64,000 nt of DNA, taken from assembly GCA_002763115.1 (NCBI GenBank), contig PFCW01000002.1, forward strand, positions 131,703 to 195,702, given 5' to 3'. Source of the DNA: Candidatus Pacearchaeota archaeon CG10_big_fil_rev_8_21_14_0_10_31_59 (lineage in GTDB: Archaea > Nanobdellota > Nanobdellia > Pacearchaeales > CG1-02-31-27). Positions 38,617 to 49,154 of this stretch are shown piece by piece (the stretch's first letter is position 1; each line of letters begins with the position of its first letter). The notes beneath the pieces are model-generated. The model worked only from the letters and a program-made list of their open reading frames with translations. It was not told where the DNA came from and ran no database searches. A program made the position numbers and the translations under genes.

Positions 38617-39399
38617 TTACCAGTAATAACCCGTACCTTTCATAATTTTATCCATAAAACTTACCATTATAACAAAACCAAGAAGAATTGCGGCTATTAT
38701 TATCAAAATTATATTCAATTTTAGATACATCATGATCAACATTGCAATAGTCATAACAAGGAAGAATGTGAAATACATTAATGAGTTAAAGAAAATTTTT
38801 GTTCCCGGATAATCTCCCATCAAAACAGTATCTGAACGCACCAATGTTGCAAGAAGAATTCCTATAACCCCCAGAGGTAAGATAGTTAATACAGCAAACC
38901 AGCCGTTATACAGTGCAAATTCTCTGAATCCTAGGGAGTAACTTATTGTTGCCAGAATTAACGAAAATAAAGCTCCTCCGGATGCTACAACGGCAGTGTC
39001 AATTTCCTTTTCCCTCATCCATCTGTATTTTGCTCTTCTGGCTGTTCCTTTAATATTAACACTGAAAATTGAAAACCATTTTATAACACCACTACTTATT
39101 ATAACTAAAAATAATGGAAACAACAACCATAGGGGAACAGGAGTTCTGAATGTATACTGGGGCCTGAAACCAAATCTTGAAACTTCCCAGAATTTAATTT
39201 CTGCTTTTGAACCGAAACGCCAGGCCAAAATTTTGTAGCCCGCAACATGAAAAAGGATCATGACAGCAGCCATTAACAAAGCCCAAAGATAATTTTTCAA
39301 AGATAACTTTTCTAAAACCATAATCAGAGCGATGAGAAATACGGCTATGATAATATAGCTAATCTCTTTTTTATTTATCATATTAAATCTAACAATCAA
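38617..39399 (-). CDS. Membrane protein, possibly a degenerate M50 peptidase-like protein
   Basis: ILFHVAGYK in place of HExxH; ASGG and LP...DYPG.KIF resemble M50 motifs. Confidence 0.5.
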   Translation of the reverse strand: MIVRFNMINKKEISYIIIAVFLIALIMVLEKLSLKNYLWALLMAAVMILFHVAGYKILAWRFGSKAEIKFWEVSRFGFRPQYTFRTPVPLWLLFPLFLVIISSGVIKWFSIFSVNIKGTARRAKYRWMREKEIDTAVVASGGALFSLILATISYSLGFREFALYNGWFAVLTILPLGVIGILLATLVRSDTVLMGDYPGTKIFFNSLMYFTFFLVMTIAMLIMMYLKLNIILIIIAAILLGFVIMVSFMDKIMKGTGYYW

Positions 39400-39529
39400 T
39401 TTCTTTTAAACTTTTTCCTTATGTATCCTCCTAAATATATATTAAAAAATATAATTTATCCCAAACATAAAATTTAAAAATAAGTAAAAGAAAGATATAT
39501 AAAGGAGGATTTGCTTTTTTAAGTAGAAA

Positions 39530-39814
39530 ATGATAAAAGTAATGAAAATAAGTGAAATGTTGGGAAGAGAGGTATTTACAGATTCCGGAGACTTTTTTGG
39601 AAACATCGAAGAAACTAATTTGATTGATAATAAAATAGCTGGATGGAGAATTAAAATATCAAGAGAAAGTAATTTGACTCCATTTTTAGGGGGAGCAAAA
39701 GGATTAATTATCCCACACCAGTTTGTAAAAGCTATCGGAGATGTCGTTGTCGTCAGTAGAGCCGCAGTTCCAACAAAAGAGGATGAATTAAAAGAGGGAG
39801 AAAAACTTGTTTAA
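39530..39814 (+). CDS. Second PRC-barrel protein (CdpB-like)
   Basis: SEMLGREVFTDSGDFFGNI...IPHQFVKAIGDVVVV. Confidence 0.85.
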   Translation: MIKVMKISEMLGREVFTDSGDFFGNIEETNLIDNKIAGWRIKISRESNLTPFLGGAKGLIIPHQFVKAIGDVVVVSRAAVPTKEDELKEGEKLV

Positions 39815-39830
39815 TAAATAAGTTTAAAAA

Positions 39831-40340
39831 ATGTCTGCTGGAACATTAAGTTTATTTGAACAACCATTATTTGCAAATATAATTCTTCCATTTTTATTGA
39901 TTTTTGTGATAGTTTATGCTGTTTTAGAAAAAACAAAAATATTATCAAAAGAGAATAAGGCAATCAATGTTATTGTTGCATTTGTTATAGGCATTGTTTT
40001 TATCGGAGTGCCTGCAGCAGCAGGTGTTACAACTAAGTTTTTGCCGATAGTGGCAGTCATAGTTGTTTTGATTTTTGGATTGATGTTGATGTTTGGAATA
40101 GCAGGAATTAGTAAAGGCGGAGAAAGTTTTGAATTTCACACAGGGTTAAAAATAACTTTAGGTATTTTAGTTGGTATAGCATTTGTAATTACAATATTGT
40201 GGGCAACAGGAACGTTGCAGTATATTATTGCTGTAAAAGAACAATGGTGGGCAAGCCAGTTATGGCAGACATTAATTTTTATAGGCTTACTTGTTGGTGT
40301 TATAATTGTTTTGTTGATTAAAGAAAAGAATAAAAGTTAG
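39831..40340 (+). CDS. Multi-TM membrane protein, paralog 1 of 3
   Basis: LPFLLIFVIVYAVLEKTKIL..NKAINVIVAFVIG. Confidence 0.75.
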   Translation: MSAGTLSLFEQPLFANIILPFLLIFVIVYAVLEKTKILSKENKAINVIVAFVIGIVFIGVPAAAGVTTKFLPIVAVIVVLIFGLMLMFGIAGISKGGESFEFHTGLKITLGILVGIAFVITILWATGTLQYIIAVKEQWWASQLWQTLIFIGLLVGVIIVLLIKEKNKS

Positions 40341-40369
40341 TAATTTAAATAATTTAAAAAAAGAGGAAA

Positions 40370-40879
40370 ATGGTATATGTTCCAACTTATGGCGGATTGG
40401 TAGATGTATTACAATCATGGGCAGATTATGGGATTTTTACAGTTTTACTTCCAATGCTTCTTGTCTTTGTTCTTACTTATGGTATTTTATCAAAGATTAA
40501 ATTGTTTGGAGAAAAGAATGATAAAATATCTATGATTATTGCCTTGATTGTAGGTTTGATTGCAGTAACTTATGAGCCATTAGCTTATGTTTTTATGGCA
40601 TTATTCCAGAATTTGGCAATAGGAATAATTATTTTGTTAGTTATGGTTGTTTTAATGGGATTATTTATTAATCCAACAGACACACCAAATGGATGGAAAT
40701 GGTTCGGGGTTGTTGGCGGTATCTTGTTTCTATGGATAATGGGAAGAGTATTCGGAAAATATATAGGGGATTTTATAGAGAGTAGTTATGTGTGGAATAT
40801 GATTCTTCAATCATTGGTAATTTTAGTTCCTATAGTCGTAATAATCTTAGCATTAGTTCTTGGTGGGAAAAATAAATAG
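40370..40879 (+). CDS. Multi-TM membrane protein, paralog 2 of 3
   Basis: LPMLLVFVLTYGILSKIKLFG..DKISMIIALIVG. Confidence 0.75.
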   Translation: MVYVPTYGGLVDVLQSWADYGIFTVLLPMLLVFVLTYGILSKIKLFGEKNDKISMIIALIVGLIAVTYEPLAYVFMALFQNLAIGIIILLVMVVLMGLFINPTDTPNGWKWFGVVGGILFLWIMGRVFGKYIGDFIESSYVWNMILQSLVILVPIVVIILALVLGGKNK

Positions 40880-41009
40880 CTCTTCTTTTGTTTTTCAAAG
40901 CGGAATTTTTATGTCTTATTAAATAGTTCTTACTGTACAGTTACAACAAACCGAAAGGTTTAAATAGTTGTTTTTCTTTTGAAAATAGTAAATTAATATT
41001 AGAGGAAAA

Positions 41010-41486
41010 ATGGTATCAGAATTTGCATTGTTTATAAGCGAAATAAGCCCGTTGCTGGCTTTTATATTAGTAACAGTTCTAGTTTATGCTCTATTATCCA
41101 AAACAGGAATTCTTGGAGAGAATAAAATTGTCAGTTTAATCATAGCCGCAATAGTCGGTTTATTGTTTGCTATTGTTCCAAAAGCAATTGATTTTACAAA
41201 TACATTACTACCTATTGTAGCAGCTTTTTTAATTTTTATAGTTGTTACAGTTTTGGTTGTTACATTCACCCACGGAAGTTTCGTAGATATGGTTGGAAAA
41301 AAAGGAATTGTATGGATTATAGTTATTGTTTTAGTAATCATATTTATATATGCTGCAATAAAAGTTTCACCACAATTTACAGAAATGATTTCAAATCCAA
41401 CACCATTTTGGAAAAACATGATTTTAGAACCAATTATATTTTTTATCGTATTCGGTGTTGTAACATGGTTATTAATCAAGAAATAA
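41010..41486 (+). CDS. Multi-TM membrane protein, paralog 3 of 3
   Basis: LAFILVTVLVYALLSKTGILGENKIVSLIIAAIVG. Confidence 0.75.
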   Translation: MVSEFALFISEISPLLAFILVTVLVYALLSKTGILGENKIVSLIIAAIVGLLFAIVPKAIDFTNTLLPIVAAFLIFIVVTVLVVTFTHGSFVDMVGKKGIVWIIVIVLVIIFIYAAIKVSPQFTEMISNPTPFWKNMILEPIIFFIVFGVVTWLLIKK

Positions 41487-42305
41487 TTATTTTTTCTTAA
41501 CTGTTTTTTTTGTTTTCTTTTCTGCTATTGAAGAAAGACTTTCTTTTAATCTGCCGAGTTCTTTTACATTGTCAACTAAAGGGTTTAGAACTTTGGAAAA
41601 AGAATCCTGCATCATTCCCATTTCACCACCCAGACTTCTGATGCTCTGATTATTTTCCTTAACACTGGAAACAAGCAATTCCTGCAACCTGTCAAATGAT
41701 GATTCCAATCTTTTTACTCTTTCATTCAAATTTTTGACAGCATTCTTCAAACTTTCCTTTAATTCAGAAATATCACCGACTTTGTCTTTAAATTCTTCCC
41801 ATTTTTCATTTATAACTTCCTCAACGATTTCCTCTACAGCTTCTGTAGAATATTCCTGCTGCTGCGGTTGTTGATATGCCTGTTCTTCAGTTGCATATTG
41901 ATATGGATATTGCTGTTCTGTTGAAGGCATTGGATATTGATATTCTTGCTGTGGATAATTTTGTTGCGGTACTTGTTGCGGCTGTTGTGGCATCTGCTGT
42001 TGAGCTTCTTGCGGAACTTGGCCATAATCATAATTCTGTTGACCGTAATCTTGGTTTTGCTGACCATAAGTTTGTTCCTGTCCGTAATCATTTGATGGTG
42101 CCGGTGGTTCTATTTCTCCGGCAAACGGGTCAGGCTGTTTATTATTCATCCCGATAGTTGATTTTATTTTCTGCTGATTTAAAGCATCATTAATTTGTTT
42201 TGGCAAATAGCCCCTGTTTCTTAAAGAAGTTATTATATCGGCATCATTCATGTTTTGGGATTTCATATTATCGACAAGTTCAAAAGGTGTCTCTTTTATT
42301 GCCAT
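41487..42305 (-). CDS. Protein with small helical N-domain, Q/Y/P-rich linker and C-terminal coiled coil
   Basis: Low-complexity DYGQQ/QQYP tract; heptad repeats after EEIVEEVINEKW. Confidence 0.75.
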   Translation of the reverse strand: MAIKETPFELVDNMKSQNMNDADIITSLRNRGYLPKQINDALNQQKIKSTIGMNNKQPDPFAGEIEPPAPSNDYGQEQTYGQQNQDYGQQNYDYGQVPQEAQQQMPQQPQQVPQQNYPQQEYQYPMPSTEQQYPYQYATEEQAYQQPQQQEYSTEAVEEIVEEVINEKWEEFKDKVGDISELKESLKNAVKNLNERVKRLESSFDRLQELLVSSVKENNQSIRSLGGEMGMMQDSFSKVLNPLVDNVKELGRLKESLSSIAEKKTKKTVKKK

Positions 42306-42317
42306 TTTAAATATAAA

Positions 42318-42707
42318 TTATTCTGGGTTTTTATTACTTTTCTTTTTATTTTCAAGTTCCTCTTGAATAATTCTTCTCACTTCATCCTCCTTGACAAATT
42401 TTAACGGCTCCCAAATTTTCATATACCTCTGCAATACAGTCAATTCCTCTTTTCTTGCGAAATAAGAAGTTTCTTTCAACAAATGCTGCAATCCCTCCTT
42501 GATTCTTTCAATTGTATTATTAATATTTCGAACATCCTCCTTTACAGTCTCGATATCAACATTAATTCTTTGTTCCTGCTTAAGCAAAGTTTTGCCCAAT
42601 AATAAAACTCTTTCCTTCAAAAGATTATTTTTTTCTTCTAAATCACTGATTTTGGCATTAAAGTCCACAAGCAAGGCAGACATACTGTTTACATCTTTAT
42701 CATCCAT
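42318..42707 (-). CDS. Coiled-coil protein
   Basis: Heptad pattern; C-terminal FARKEEL..LQRYMKIWEPL. Confidence 0.7.
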   Translation of the reverse strand: MDDKDVNSMSALLVDFNAKISDLEEKNNLLKERVLLLGKTLLKQEQRINVDIETVKEDVRNINNTIERIKEGLQHLLKETSYFARKEELTVLQRYMKIWEPLKFVKEDEVRRIIQEELENKKKSNKNPE

Positions 42708-42809
42708 CTTTTTTATAAACGAAAACTATTTTAATCTTGGATTTGTTCTTAATTTTAGAAGGAATACCAACTATTTAAATTTTAATAATCGACTAAAAAC
42801 GAGAAGAAA

Positions 42810-45101
42810 ATGTTATTCAAACCAGAAACAAAGTTGTATGGATACGAAATTATGCGTGAGGGGGGTGTTGATGTAATGTACGTTAATTACATAGGCTCTT
42901 CTACAGTTCCATCGTTAATTTCCGATTCTTCCTCAATGTCAAGAATTATAGATTATATTATTGAATCACCAAATATTTCAAGAATAGTTTTTGTCCAGCA
43001 CAGAAATTACGTTCATGATTTAAACCAGGTTAGACTTCTGCAGGAAATAGCTAGAATTTATGTTTATCTTATAAAACAGGAAAATATCTTGTCTCTTAAC
43101 AAAATGTCTGTGACGTCATGCAATCAGTGCGTACCACAAAGACTCGGAGTTTTGAGATATTTGCTTTTAACATTGTTGAAATCCGATCCATTAGGATGCT
43201 ACGTTGAAACAAAAAGACTGTTGCGTGAAGAAAAAATAAATGCCGAGACAATTGCAGAGCAATGCAAAAGATGTCAAAATCATTATATTAGTCTGCTGAA
43301 CAATATCATGCAGCTGCTTGAAAACACTCAATTGGTAAAAAGAGTCAAAGACCATTTAGAAGGTTATCATATCGGTGAGAGAAATTTTTACGAGAATATT
43401 TTCAGGCCGGCGATAGTCCCAAATTTTGCATTTACAAGATTGATGGCTTCAATTCCATCAGGAGCTGAAATTGTTGACCAGTATTTAACAAAAGGGGAAT
43501 TTGACAGATCAACTGTTACAATATTAAAACTTCCAAACAAAACAAAATATGTTTATCATCTGACTCCGCCGGAATTTACACTCGATGAAAAATATTACAG
43601 TTTGGTTGAACTGGCAAGAAATGTTCTGCTTGAACACAAGCCGAAGGCAGAAGAATTTACAGATCCGGCAAGGATCAGGCAGGTATTTTTTAATGTTGGT
43701 AGGGATTTATTGCAGGAGCTTGCAAAAACAAAAGAGCTGAAAATTAATTATACAAAATTAAACAAACTGGCTGAAATTTTAGTCAGGCACACAATCGGTT
43801 TTGGTCTGGTTGAAGTTGCTTTGCAAGATGAAAAAGTTCAGGATTTGATAATAAATTCTCCGCCCGGGCAAGTGCCGATGTTTTTGAGGCATGAAGATTA
43901 TGATGAGTGCGATACGAATATAATTCCAAGTTTTGAGGATGTTGATTCATGGGCTGCAAAATTCAGAATGTTGTCTGGTCGTCCTTTGGACGAAGCAAAT
44001 CCGATACTTGACACTGAACTTATACTTCCCAAGTCAAGGTCAAGGGTTGCAATAATTCAGCAGCCATTATCTCCTTTTGGTCTGGCATATGCGTTGAGAA
44101 GACACAGAGACAAGCCGTGGACTTTGCCTTTATTCATTAAAAACAGAATGTTAAATCCGTTGGCAGCAGGACTTTTATCATTTTTAATTGACGGTTCAAG
44201 AACGATGCTGATAGCAGGAACAAGGTCATCAGGTAAGACTTCTTTGCTTGGTTCTTTGTTGCTGGAAATTATGCCAAAATATAGGATATTAACCGTTGAA
44301 GATACGCTGGAATTGCCTGCAGACGCATTGAAAAATTTAGGTTATGATATTTTAAGACTGAAAGTAAGAGCTGCGCTGACAAAAGAGTCAACTGAAGTTG
44401 AAGCAGCTGAAGGAATAAGAGCATCTTTGCGTTTGGGGGATTCATGTTTGATTGTTGGTGAAGTTAGAAGCGAGGAAGCTCTTGCATTATATGAAGCGAT
44501 GAGGATTGGAGCTTTAGCAAATGTAGTTGCAGGAACAATTCATGGTGCGAGTCCTTACGGTGTATTTGACAGGGTTGTAAATGATTTGAAAGTTCCGAAA
44601 ACTTCTTTCAAGGCAACAGATATTATTGCTATTGCAAATCCAATCAAGTCACCGGATGGATTGCAAAGATGGAGAAGAATGTTAACTATAACTGAAGTAA
44701 GGAAACATTGGACTGATGACCCTGTAAACGAAGGAGGATTTGTTGAATTAATGAAATATGATGTTGACAGCGATGAATTAAAACCAACTGATGATTTGAT
44801 TAATGGTGAAAGTGAGGTTTTGAAAGACATAGCAGGACAAGTTAAAGGATGGGCAGGAAACTGGGATGCTGTTTGGGACAATATTGTTTTGAGAGCAAAA
44901 ATAAAAGATGCCTTAGTAAAATACTCGGAAGCAGCAAAAATTCCAGATTTAATGGAGGCAAGATTTATTGTCCGTTCAAATAATGCTTTCCATAATATTT
45001 CAAACAAAGTAATGAAAGATGTCGGAATTCCAGAAGGAAAACAAGTTTACAAAGAATGGGAAGAATGGATTAAGAAAGAGATAAAGAGATTGAGGGGATG
45101 A
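42810..45101 (+). CDS. Type II/IV secretion (VirB11/TadA/ArlI-like) ATPase with long N-terminal extension
   Basis: AGTRSSGKTS Walker A, VEDTLEL Asp box, LIVGEVR Walker B, GTIHG His box; two CxxC pairs in the N-terminus. Confidence 0.9.
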   Translation: MLFKPETKLYGYEIMREGGVDVMYVNYIGSSTVPSLISDSSSMSRIIDYIIESPNISRIVFVQHRNYVHDLNQVRLLQEIARIYVYLIKQENILSLNKMSVTSCNQCVPQRLGVLRYLLLTLLKSDPLGCYVETKRLLREEKINAETIAEQCKRCQNHYISLLNNIMQLLENTQLVKRVKDHLEGYHIGERNFYENIFRPAIVPNFAFTRLMASIPSGAEIVDQYLTKGEFDRSTVTILKLPNKTKYVYHLTPPEFTLDEKYYSLVELARNVLLEHKPKAEEFTDPARIRQVFFNVGRDLLQELAKTKELKINYTKLNKLAEILVRHTIGFGLVEVALQDEKVQDLIINSPPGQVPMFLRHEDYDECDTNIIPSFEDVDSWAAKFRMLSGRPLDEANPILDTELILPKSRSRVAIIQQPLSPFGLAYALRRHRDKPWTLPLFIKNRMLNPLAAGLLSFLIDGSRTMLIAGTRSSGKTSLLGSLLLEIMPKYRILTVEDTLELPADALKNLGYDILRLKVRAALTKESTEVEAAEGIRASLRLGDSCLIVGEVRSEEALALYEAMRIGALANVVAGTIHGASPYGVFDRVVNDLKVPKTSFKATDIIAIANPIKSPDGLQRWRRMLTITEVRKHWTDDPVNEGGFVELMKYDVDSDELKPTDDLINGESEVLKDIAGQVKGWAGNWDAVWDNIVLRAKIKDALVKYSEAAKIPDLMEARFIVRSNNAFHNISNKVMKDVGIPEGKQVYKEWEEWIKKEIKRLRG

Positions 45102-45152
45102 TTATTCTTTAAAATATAAATGCTTTTATAGTTTATTAATAAAATATCATCT

Positions 45153-45544
45153 ATGAAAAAACTGAATTACAATTGGGAAAATTGTTTTTTTATTTTTTTG
45201 GGATTATACTTTTTCCTACAGCTTTTAAGGCTTCTAACATTATAATATTTTTAATCTTATTTCTTTTTTCCTCAGGTTCCTTTATCTACGGGGTTTTACC
45301 TCAAAATATTACCAAGTTAAACAGATCTTATGTAGAAAAATTTTCTTCATATCATGTATTTTTTGAGATTTTTCTCAAAATAATTTCTATAGGTGCTACA
45401 GCTTTTCTTACAGCATATTTACTTCAATATTGGGGTAAAGCACCTCAAGAATTCTTTTTGAATACGGGCATGATACTTATAATAATTTATGTTTTCACAA
45501 AATTGTTCCTTCTTAAAAATCCAATAAAAACAAATAAAAAATAA
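45153..45544 (+). CDS. AT-rich membrane-protein gene inserted between the ATPase and platform genes; possibly frameshifted at its start
   Basis: ATG 45153 (about 25 nt after a TATA) joins the 45173 frame only if the A6 run were A7. Confidence 0.45.
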
Positions 45545-45708
45545 AAAATATTTTTTTAATCTTTCTAAAACTCTTACAAAATTAATCACTCAAAATTCTT
45601 CCCCATCTAAAAAATCTCGGAACTCAATTTTTACGATGTTATTTGTATTTGAAATATCTTTCTCAAAACCTTTTTATATTCCCTTTCTTTTATCTTAAAA
45701 GGAAAAAG

Positions 45709-47874
45709 ATGGTGAGAGATGATGTAGATAAGATTTTGAAAAAATATTCTGCGAAGCTTGAAGGTTCTATGAATTCTGAGCGGAGAGATTATTCCAGAGA
45801 ATATGAAAGATTCAGGGGGGAATTACAAAAAGATTTGAGCTGGTATGAAAGATTATGCAAGAATGTCGGAAGCAAGATAAAAGCAAAAGTTCCGGATAAA
45901 AGCAGAATACAACTAAGTAGAGATATAGCACAGGCAAGATTGGATATTACGCCGGAGGAAGCATCAGGTTTAAGTCTGGTAGCTTTGATACTGTTAGTTT
46001 TTTTGGCAATTTTAATTTCAGGAGTTGTTTTTATGCTAAGCAACAGTTTTCCATTTTTGTTTATGCTTCTTGTTTTCTTTGCAGCAATAATTTTATTTTC
46101 TTATTTAAACGGAATGCCGAAGAGAATGGCCTTGAGATGGCGCCTGAAAGCCTCGAGCCAGATGGTTCCAGCTATTTTGTATATTGTAATTTATATGAAA
46201 CATACAAGCAATTTGGAAAGGGCAATCCAGTTTGCAGCAGACAATTTGTCAGCACCTTTATCTTTCGATTTGAAAAAAATATTCTGGGATGTTCAAATCG
46301 GAAAATACTCAACAATAAAAGATAGCTTAGATGCTTATCTGGAAACATGGAGAGATTATAGCATAGAATTTGTTGAATCAATGCATTTGATTGAGGGTTC
46401 TTTGTATGAGCCATCTGAATCAAGAAGAATTGCTTTGCTGGAAAAAGCACTGGAAGTAATGCTTGATGGAATTTACGACAAGATGTTGCACTACACTCAT
46501 GATGTAAAATCACCATTGACAAATGTTTATATGCTGGGAATTGTTCTGCCAACTTTGGCTCTGGCTTTGTTGCCTCTTGCATCAGCATTAATGGGCGGAG
46601 TTGTCAAATGGACCCAAGTCATGATTTTGTTTAATGTCATACTTCCATTTTTGGTTTTATACATAACTAATAATATTTTGACAAAAAGACCTGGAGGTTA
46701 CGGAGATTCTGAGGCACTGGAAAAAAATCCGGATTATGTTCATTTCAAAAACAAAAAAGTTTATCTAAAAGCTTTTCTGATTGTTCTTCCTCTGTTGCTT
46801 TTGAGCTTAGTTCCTTTGTTCTGGAACTTGGGTTTAAACGAGGCTATTCTTGGTGCAGGAAAAACAGATATTACATTCAAGGAAATCGGTCTTGAAAGAG
46901 TTGGAGGCAATGCTGGTTTATTTGATTATAGAGTTGTTGATGGTAAAACCGTAGGTCCTTTCGGTTTACTGTCTGTTTTATTCAGTTTATTCCTTCCCTT
47001 GGCTATTGCTTTGTTTTTTTCAATAAGCTATGATTTGAAAACAAGAAAATTGATGAATACAAGGAAGGAAACGCAGGAATTGGAAGATCAGTTTTCATCT
47101 TCGTTATTTCAATTAGGAAACAGGTTGGGAGATAATATCCCGGCAGAAATTGCATTCGGCAGAGTTGCAAATTCATTGAGAGGAACTGCAGCAGCAAATT
47201 TCTTTGTAACGGTAAATTCAAATATTCAGCAGGTCGGAATGTCTGTTGAGCAGGCAATCTTCAATCCGTCAAGAGGTGCCATAATTTATTTTCCATCTGA
47301 TCTGATAAAGACAAGCATGAAAATTATGATAGAATCAGTTAAGAAGGGACTGAAAGTTGCAGCAAATGCAATGATAGCAATAAGTAATTATATAAAAAAC
47401 ATAAAAAAAATTAATGAAAGGTTGAAGGACTTGCTGGCTGATGTAATTTCAGACATGAAGAGCAACATGTCTTTCTTAGCTCCAATGTTATCAGGTATTG
47501 TTATCGGATTGAGCGTCATGATAACTTCTATCCTGGCAAAATTAACATCAATACTTGCTGTTGTCCAGCCTGGCGAGGATGTTATGGTCGGAGGTTTTGC
47601 AAGCGCCTCAACAATAACGCAAATGTTTGATATTACAACGATGATACCTCCATACTTTTTACAGATTATTATTGGGGTATATCTTATAGAAATAATATTT
47701 ATCCTGACAAAATGTCTTGTAACAATACAATCCGGAGTTGATGTGCTTGGAGAAAAAGTCGAGATAGCTAAAAACTTGAAGAGGGGAATGTTTCTTTATT
47801 TCATAATAACTTTAATTGCTGTTGTTGCATTGTCTTTATTGGCGGGAATAGCAATAGGACAATTTGGAGTGTAA
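45709..47874 (+). CDS. TadC/ArlJ-like membrane platform protein
   Basis: Start re-called at MVRDD (45709); two cytoplasmic domains each followed by TM bundles; follows the secretion ATPase. Confidence 0.8.
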   Translation: MVRDDVDKILKKYSAKLEGSMNSERRDYSREYERFRGELQKDLSWYERLCKNVGSKIKAKVPDKSRIQLSRDIAQARLDITPEEASGLSLVALILLVFLAILISGVVFMLSNSFPFLFMLLVFFAAIILFSYLNGMPKRMALRWRLKASSQMVPAILYIVIYMKHTSNLERAIQFAADNLSAPLSFDLKKIFWDVQIGKYSTIKDSLDAYLETWRDYSIEFVESMHLIEGSLYEPSESRRIALLEKALEVMLDGIYDKMLHYTHDVKSPLTNVYMLGIVLPTLALALLPLASALMGGVVKWTQVMILFNVILPFLVLYITNNILTKRPGGYGDSEALEKNPDYVHFKNKKVYLKAFLIVLPLLLLSLVPLFWNLGLNEAILGAGKTDITFKEIGLERVGGNAGLFDYRVVDGKTVGPFGLLSVLFSLFLPLAIALFFSISYDLKTRKLMNTRKETQELEDQFSSSLFQLGNRLGDNIPAEIAFGRVANSLRGTAAANFFVTVNSNIQQVGMSVEQAIFNPSRGAIIYFPSDLIKTSMKIMIESVKKGLKVAANAMIAISNYIKNIKKINERLKDLLADVISDMKSNMSFLAPMLSGIVIGLSVMITSILAKLTSILAVVQPGEDVMVGGFASASTITQMFDITTMIPPYFLQIIIGVYLIEIIFILTKCLVTIQSGVDVLGEKVEIAKNLKRGMFLYFIITLIAVVALSLLAGIAIGQFGV

Positions 47875-47887
47875 TAAAATTTATTAA

Positions 47888-48070
47888 ATGAAAAAACTTG
47901 GATTTAAAATGTTTAAACGCAAAAAGAAAGGTTCAATTGAAATCCAGACATTAGCTTGGTGGTTAATTGGTTTATTAGTTTTAATTTTGGCTATTGTAGG
48001 AATTTTTATTTTGAGATCCAAGGGAGTAAATATTATCGATTTATTTTTACAAAAATTGAGGTTTAGATAA
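47888..48070 (+). CDS. Pilin-like protein with class III signal peptide
   Basis: Basic leader KRKKKG|SIE followed by a ~20-residue hydrophobic helix. Confidence 0.7.
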   Translation: MKKLGFKMFKRKKKGSIEIQTLAWWLIGLLVLILAIVGIFILRSKGVNIIDLFLQKLRFR

Positions 48071-48071
48071 A

Positions 48072-49154
48072 ATGTCAGATACAGGACAAAAAGTAGTAAA
48101 ATGGATTGTAGCTATAGTATGTCTTTTAATAATTTTCGGAGGAACTACAGTTATTTATGGAAAAACCCAAGGTTGGTACAAGAATTTTGATATTAATGAA
48201 GACCAAGAGAAAGCATCAAAAAAAAATACAGAAGAATTTTTTCAGAAAATTGACGAATGTAAAAATTCAAAGGATTATAACTGCAGATGTGATATTTTTT
48301 TCAATTTTCCAGCTTCATTTCTGCCGGAAAATGTCTTGCTATTCCAAAAACAGCAGTTGGATACAAACGTAATGTTATATTATAAAAAACCAGAGAGCAA
48401 AATAAAAGATATTGATTTGAAAAATACTGAAATCATATTCGGAATTGTTGATGCTATAGACAGAAACAACCAGAAATTGTTTTTCAATAAAGATTTTTAT
48501 GATGTCTTTAATGCCTACAAATTAAAACAAGCTGTTGTTTTTACACAAAATCCTTATCCGTCTTTGACTTTCTTTTCAAATGAGAATAAAGCAGAGTTTA
48601 ACAATAAAGTAGACAGCGTATTTTTCACAAGTTATGTAATAAAAACCAAAGAGGATAATTTTGACCAGATGATGTTTTTAGTTTTGTCGAGAGAACTGAT
48701 TAAACCGGAAAAAGCCACAGAAAGTTATCTTACTGAAAACGGCTTTGCCAATTTCGGAGATGCAATTCCTGTATGCAGTCAGGATGATTCGAGAATAAAT
48801 GCTTTGGAAAATTTCAATGACCTAGTAAATGCTTTCAAAACAAATATTGACAAGACAGAAATCAAAATTAATCTTCCGGAAGGCTATTATATAAATGTAA
48901 TTTATGACTCAATAACACTGTATGATTCTAGTGGAGTTCCAGTGAGAACCATCGAAATAAATATTGCCAAAAATTCCGATATGGAGCAATTAAAATTCAA
49001 AAAAACAGCCGAGAAGGAAAGAGAGTTGAAAGCAGGATTGGCAATTTATTATGCAACAGATAACGTTTTATGTTCTGACAATGAACTCAAATTGACAAAT
49101 GGAGACACAGCAGTTGTTAAAAAAGAAGAAAAAAATTGTTTAGCTAAATTATAA
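48072..49154 (+). CDS. Membrane-anchored exported protein (possible minor pilin/adhesin)
   Basis: N-terminal TM, Cys-containing soluble domain; 1 nt after the pilin stop. Confidence 0.6.
   Translation: MSDTGQKVVKWIVAIVCLLIIFGGTTVIYGKTQGWYKNFDINEDQEKASKKNTEEFFQKIDECKNSKDYNCRCDIFFNFPASFLPENVLLFQKQQLDTNVMLYYKKPESKIKDIDLKNTEIIFGIVDAIDRNNQKLFFNKDFYDVFNAYKLKQAVVFTQNPYPSLTFFSNENKAEFNNKVDSVFFTSYVIKTKEDNFDQMMFLVLSRELIKPEKATESYLTENGFANFGDAIPVCSQDDSRINALENFNDLVNAFKTNIDKTEIKINLPEGYYINVIYDSITLYDSSGVPVRTIEINIAKNSDMEQLKFKKTAEKERELKAGLAIYYATDNVLCSDNELKLTNGDTAVVKKEEKNCLAKL

Noticed and set aside
41840..42100. DNA repeat or contingency locus in the Q-rich gene
   Set aside because: The repeats are codon-phased and degenerate at synonymous positions, consistent with a protein-level low-complexity linker.
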